Of a stretch of 64,000 nt of DNA, positions 59,277-64,000 are shown one piece after another. The notes under the pieces are model-generated. The model saw only the letters and a program-made list of their open reading frames with translations. It searched no databases and was not told the origin of the DNA. Numbering within the stretch: the first letter of the stretch is position 1; every line of letters begins with the position of its first letter. This DNA is from Neodothiora populina (lineage: Eukaryota). The stretch covers positions 1,612,001 through 1,676,000 of the forward strand of contig NW_027191417.1 in the NCBI RefSeq assembly GCF_041146345.1, read 5' to 3'. The position numbers were made by a program, and so were the translations under genes.

Positions 59277-60076
59277 TTATGCCATCTTCACCTTCTCTTG
59301 CTTGTGAACCCATAAGTAGACGAAGGGATATATGGTCTCAGGGATCAACGTCAGGACTATTATCCACCAGCTCCAGGGAGAACCGACGTAAGTCCAGCCT
59401 TCGGGGTTGTTCAAATAGCGCCAGATGAACACGCCATAGGCAGTGTAACATCCTAGGTAGCGGGTCACCCAAATCTCTAGCGAATGCCCTTTCGTACTGC
59501 GATGCTTAAGCAGAAGATAGACACTTCCCCATCCTATAGGAAACTGTAGCAGGATGCCAGTCCAGTAAGCGGTCTTCTGCTCACGCTCGTCTGGGAACAT
59601 CTGGGTCAATTGATATAAGATGCATATACCTATTAACACCCCGAAGACCATCCTAGTCGCAACAGTCCGCCTCCTCGCGGGTGGTATGGATGATGAGATG
59701 GCCACTGAAGCAAAGGAGAAATCCAGGATGAACCACATTAGAAAGCTCAAGAGTTCAAACCGTGTAGACGTGGTAGCGAATGCATAGAAAAGCTCGTATG
59801 CCATAGTCCCGCAACTATGCCCGAGCATTGTCAGCTGCGGGACGATTTGGTTTCTATCATACGTTCAACGTACGTATATTCGATGGCGCCCGCACATGTT
59901 TTGTCCCGGTACGTTCGGCTCATATAGAACAAGTAGCACAGAGCATAAACAGCTCCGCAGGAGATGATGAGACCATCTTGAATGAAGAAGTAACTCTCCG
60001 GTGGGTTCAACTTTAGATCAACTGGCTGTACCACCAGATGAGAAGTACAGTTTCTTGCGAGAGAGAAGGCAGACAT
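59277..60076 (-). CDS. PaxB/AtmB/Pyr4-like integral membrane terpene cyclase homolog; exons 60076-59874, 59814-59277; 246 aa
   Basis: Multi-TM protein with YALCY..RTYRDKT, T|CGTMAYELFYAF (family N-x-x-W-E equivalent), WFILD, LLKHRSTKGHSLEIWVTRYLG and ETIYPF. Single intron just before the catalytic Glu segment. Confidence 0.78.
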
Positions 60077-60775
60077 ATGATCAGAGCAGAACTGGCAAGG
60101 CTTAGAAGATCCGCAGAGGCCGATCACAAAGGTCAAGAGAAGTGAAATGGTTCAAACCGACAGCCTGATCTGACATTATATCTAAGCACCATCGCGACGT
60201 ACGCACTCGAATCAGATCGGACAGTATAGGAATTGGTCATGTGTGATTTGCAGCCGCCTACCTCCGGATCGCAGCTTGGCCGCGGAGGATGATGATGACA
60301 ATCGGATGTATGACTAAAGTGTTCCGGTCGAAGGGCGTATGATGACCTCCGAGTATCATGCATACTTATCTTGCCACAATCCGGATGCTAAAACAGGGTG
60401 AGAGAATCTTAAATACTATCGAGTCGTGCTGGAAAACATTTCTGCGTTACTGTTGGCAATATCGATGCTTGAACTCCAAGGCAGAGGAAGGAGATGAAGG
60501 ACTCAAATGATTGTGGGCTCACTCAATCTATGGTCGGCTAGAGTGACGAGAATTTGTATGCAGGGAGATCACCTTGACGATGTCAACACCATAGGCGATC
60601 TCTTAATCACCCGTGAGGTAAGGTAGACATGAAGGACGAGATTCACGTTAGCTTTATTGGACGCTTGTAGAACGACAACGAAGAGGATCCACGGGCGACC
60701 GCTACGGACATGGCACCGACGTCCGCCCCACCCACCTTGTGCTTGGCACCTTCTACTGTACTGGGAGTAGAGCTA

Positions 60776-60782
60776 TCACGTG
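60776..60782. promoter_or_regulatory. TCACGTG (Cbf1-type E-box) in the divergent cyclase/GSH1 intergenic region
   Basis: Exact heptamer about 770 bp upstream of GSH1. Cbf1/Met4 controls GSH1 in budding yeast. A single site could be chance. Confidence 0.25.
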
Positions 60783-61552
60783 TGCAGTACCTATCGGTCA
60801 CACTTCTGTTAGGCGTGCTCCACGCATCGCAATGCAGACGATGTGTGAGAACTGCGATTGTTCTTTGCATGTCGGGCAGATCCTGAGAAAACAGTTGGGT
60901 GGGTTTCATATGATTAGGAAATTCTCCGAGTGAAGCACAGTGTATTCAGTGACGGTAGTTTATGGAATAGAGGCATTTATCAATCATACCGTACTCTGTT
61001 GGCCGAGGCCGTAGACAGTTACCGACCGCTCACTGATAAGGCAGAATAGGCAGCTTTACCCTCGCCAACGCAGGGAAACCTGACCAACCACGGTCTAGAT
61101 TGGATTGCATCATCACGACATACAGAAAAAAAACATTTGTAAGCCTCAGGCATCTTTAGAGACCCACGTTTGTGATCTCGTGGTTTGTGTCTGTATCCGA
61201 TCGTTTTATTTACATTTGTACGAGTGTGTTTCTCGATCGCACATTATCCATACACCTACACCTGCGCATGTCGGAGATGCGCTTGTGAATCACTGTACCC
61301 TGAATAACGCTCTGAAGAAAATCTCAAGTGAACCCCGCTACCTCAACTTCACACGAGATATCATGCGGTAGCGGTAGCATGCCAGTTAGTTGAGCCAAAA
61401 CTGGCTGTTCCCTGTATTCGAAGTACTGGGTCTGGCAACAGACATTCGTTCCAGTCGGAGGAACATTGACGCGACACTTCAACCTGTGAATTACTTCGTT
61501 CCTTCCTACTTTCACATCACTATTGGCGCGGCAGATCTAGAACTCCATAAAC

Positions 61553-63881
61553 ATGGGTCTTTTGTAAGCAGCCACGACCCTCCCTTGTATAAGTGGTACC
61601 GTAGACTCGGTTCACTGATCATATTCTTCTGCCAGAGCATTAGGAACGCCGCTGGAATGGCCTGAAGCGAAGAAGGTTGCTGGCCAAGTAAGAGAGTGGG
61701 GAATTGAACAATTGTTGGCAACATGGAACAGGGCCAAGGGCAAGGAACGAGATGCGATGCTATGGGGTGATGAGGTGTGTTGCACATGGATAAGATACTT
61801 ATCCATCCATCACAACCACTGACGATTCCTCAGATCGAATACCTGGTTGTTTGTTACGATGATGAGAAGCACGAAGTCAGGCTCTCGTTACGCCAGGCTG
61901 ATATTCTGGAGGCCCTTGCTAAGGACGAAAAACTCCTTGCACAGGGCGGAGGCGTGCCTGACCTGCAATGTGGAGAGGCCAAGTAAGGGTCAATTCGCGA
62001 TTACTGTGATACGTGACTAAACTTGACACAGGAAAGGCAAGACCGCACCTGTTTTCCACCCAGAGTTTGGCCGCTTCATGCTTGAGACCACTCCCGGCAA
62101 GCCATGGGGCATAGAGTTCAGGGATCTCCTTGATGTGGAGAAAGACATGAAATGGAGGTGAGCAAGACTGGCCGCAGATATATTGAGTTCACGTTATTGA
62201 TAGCGCTAGACGAGTCATCGCAAAAGAGCATATGGAACCTAGCGAGTTCCCTATTACTCTGACTACATTCCCAAGGCTAGGTCAAAAAGACAGATCGATT
62301 ACGCCCGAGTACCCTTTGAACGGCGACAAGCTAAGGTCACAATTCCTTCCGGACGAGATTGCCAACCCTCATATTCGATTTCCCACACTAGCTGCCAACA
62401 TCAGGTCACGAAGAGGAAGGAAAGTGGAGATCAATGTGCCTGTTTTCAGAGATGAAAAGACTGTCTGGCCATTCAAGGATCCCACAGTGGACTTTGGCCT
62501 GCATCAGTGGCCCGAGGACGATGATGTTCGTAATGGAGCTGTGAAGGACAACCACATTTATATGGATGCCATGGCTTTCGGCATGGGTAGCTGTTGCCTC
62601 CAGATAACATTCCAGGCGAAAAACATTGAAGAAGGTCGAAAGATGTATGACCAGCTCAGTCCCATCGGACCCATCATGCTTGCTCTGACCGCTGCAACGC
62701 CGATATATAAAGGCTTTCTTGCAGACACAGATGTCAGATGGAACCAGATCAGCAGAGCAGTCGACGATCGAACACCTGAGGAGTTGGGCGAAAAGGTACG
62801 CATAGCCATAGTATGGTGCCCCTGGTGGAGATCTCCTACTGACATTTCATAGCCCCTAAAGAACGACCGCTGGCGCATTCCGAAATCAAGATATGCTTCA
62901 AACTCCACGTACATATCACAAGACCCTCGTCTGCGAAAGGAGTATCTGGACCCGGATCTTGTCATTGACGAAGACATGAAGCGCAAGCTCATGGACGGCG
63001 GCATGGACGATCGTCTTGCAACGCACTTTGCTCATCTTTTCATCCGCGATCCGATTGTGGTTTTTAATGAAGATCTTGAGCATCTCGATCTCGACAAGGT
63101 AGACCATTTCGAAAACCTTCAGTCCACTAATTGGCAGCACATGCGTTTCAAACCGCCACCTCCAGGAAACGACATTGGCTGGCGTGTGGAGTTCCGACCT
63201 ATGGAGATCCAAATCACTGATTTCGAGAACGCCGCTTTTGCTGTCTTCCTTGTACTCATCACACGAGCCATCCTCAGCTTTGATCTGAACTTTTATATCC
63301 CCATACCGCGCACCACCGAGAATATGGAGACTGCGCACATTCGAGATGCGGTGAACACTCAGAAGTTCTACTTCAGGAAAAACCCTCTGCCACCTAGACA
63401 GCCAAGATCAGGTGGCTCTGGTACATCGACTCCAAACCCCATGAGCCGACCGCAAACGCCACAGCTTTCTGTAGACGACGAATACGAGCTCATGACTGTG
63501 GATGAAATCATCAACGGCCAGAACAATACCAATGGCACGAGTAGTAACGGCACCTCTGGTAGACACGGCGGGTTCCCAGGCCTAATTCCGCTTATCGAAA
63601 GCTACCTGAGCAGCATGAATGTTGACGTTGAGACCCGCTGCGAGATTGCAAAGTATCTTGCACTCATCAGAGGCCGTGCCAATGGGTCCTTGTGGACGGC
63701 ATCCAAGTGGATCAGGCAGTTCGTCCATGACCACCCAGAGTACAAGAAGGACAGTGTAGTGAGCGAGAACGTCAGCTATGATTTGGTGAAAGCAGTCGAG
63801 GAAATCACTGTGAATGAAGGCCGAGACGGCTTAGGACTTGAGATGCTCGGCAAAGCAAGAACACCTTGCAACTCGCCCTGA
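61553..63881 (+). CDS. GSH1: Glutamate-cysteine ligase; exons 61553-61563, 61636-61774, 61834-61982, 62032-62157, 62210-62795, 62853-63881; 679 aa
   Basis: MGLL|ALGTPLEW, LWGDE|IEY, FHPEFGRFMLETTPG, IYMDAMAFGMGSCCLQITFQ, IPKSRY, HFENLQSTNWQ and GWRVEFRPME. Five GT-AG introns in frame. Confidence 0.97.
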
Positions 63882-64000
63882 GTGGCATAGAGGGCCGACA
63901 TTTATTCGCGATTAAAAGCATGCATAACCCTGCGTCCAGCGCTTTCCCCTAGAGTCTTTGTCCGTTAGATTGGTGCTTCATTGCACTTGAAGTACTATAC

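Noticed and set aside
61268..61393. Short uORFs upstream of GSH1
   Set aside because: TSS unknown, and the number of short ATG-stop pairs is no more than expected by chance.
1..64000. TGA-CTA readthrough giving cryptic peroxisomal PTS1 isoforms
   Set aside because: The stops I checked (GUT1, MetE-like, Dabb, DUF1989) lack the TGA-CTA context and an SKL-like extension end.

Overview
Eukaryotic, intron-containing DNA from a filamentous ascomycete (Pezizomycotina; a dothideomycete-like origin is only my guess). I can support about 19 protein-coding genes and one intron-containing tRNA-Lys(CTT). In order: SEC28, RRD2, the tRNA, a Yfl054-type aquaglyceroporin, a divergent REX4-like DEDDh protein, a 3-exon 71-aa Cys-rich microprotein, glycerol kinase, DUF3429, VPS13, a DUF1989 protein, a Yox1-like homeobox factor, RAM1, a DUF1771/Smr protein, a dsRBD protein, a Dabb barrel, CipC, an ATP-grasp protein, a core MetE-like enzyme, a PaxB/Pyr4-like membrane terpene cyclase and GSH1. 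Exon boundaries were assigned by eye from GT/AG, branch sites and frame continuity. No transposon, rRNA or CRISPR was seen. The most notable observations are: (1) the DUF1989 gene's TGA is followed by 146 more in-frame, coding-like codons (readthrough, editing or recent nonsense candidate), and its catalytic domain is split by a 236-aa insert with a thrice-repeated motif; (2) two apparent pseudo-enzymes, a DEDDh nuclease lacking the ExoI acids and an ATP-grasp lacking E-x-N; (3) an orphan terpene cyclase in a co-oriented block of unassigned enzymes; (4) candidate structured ncRNAs at 4377-4494 and 13941-14123. Family assignments rest on recalled motifs, not database searches.
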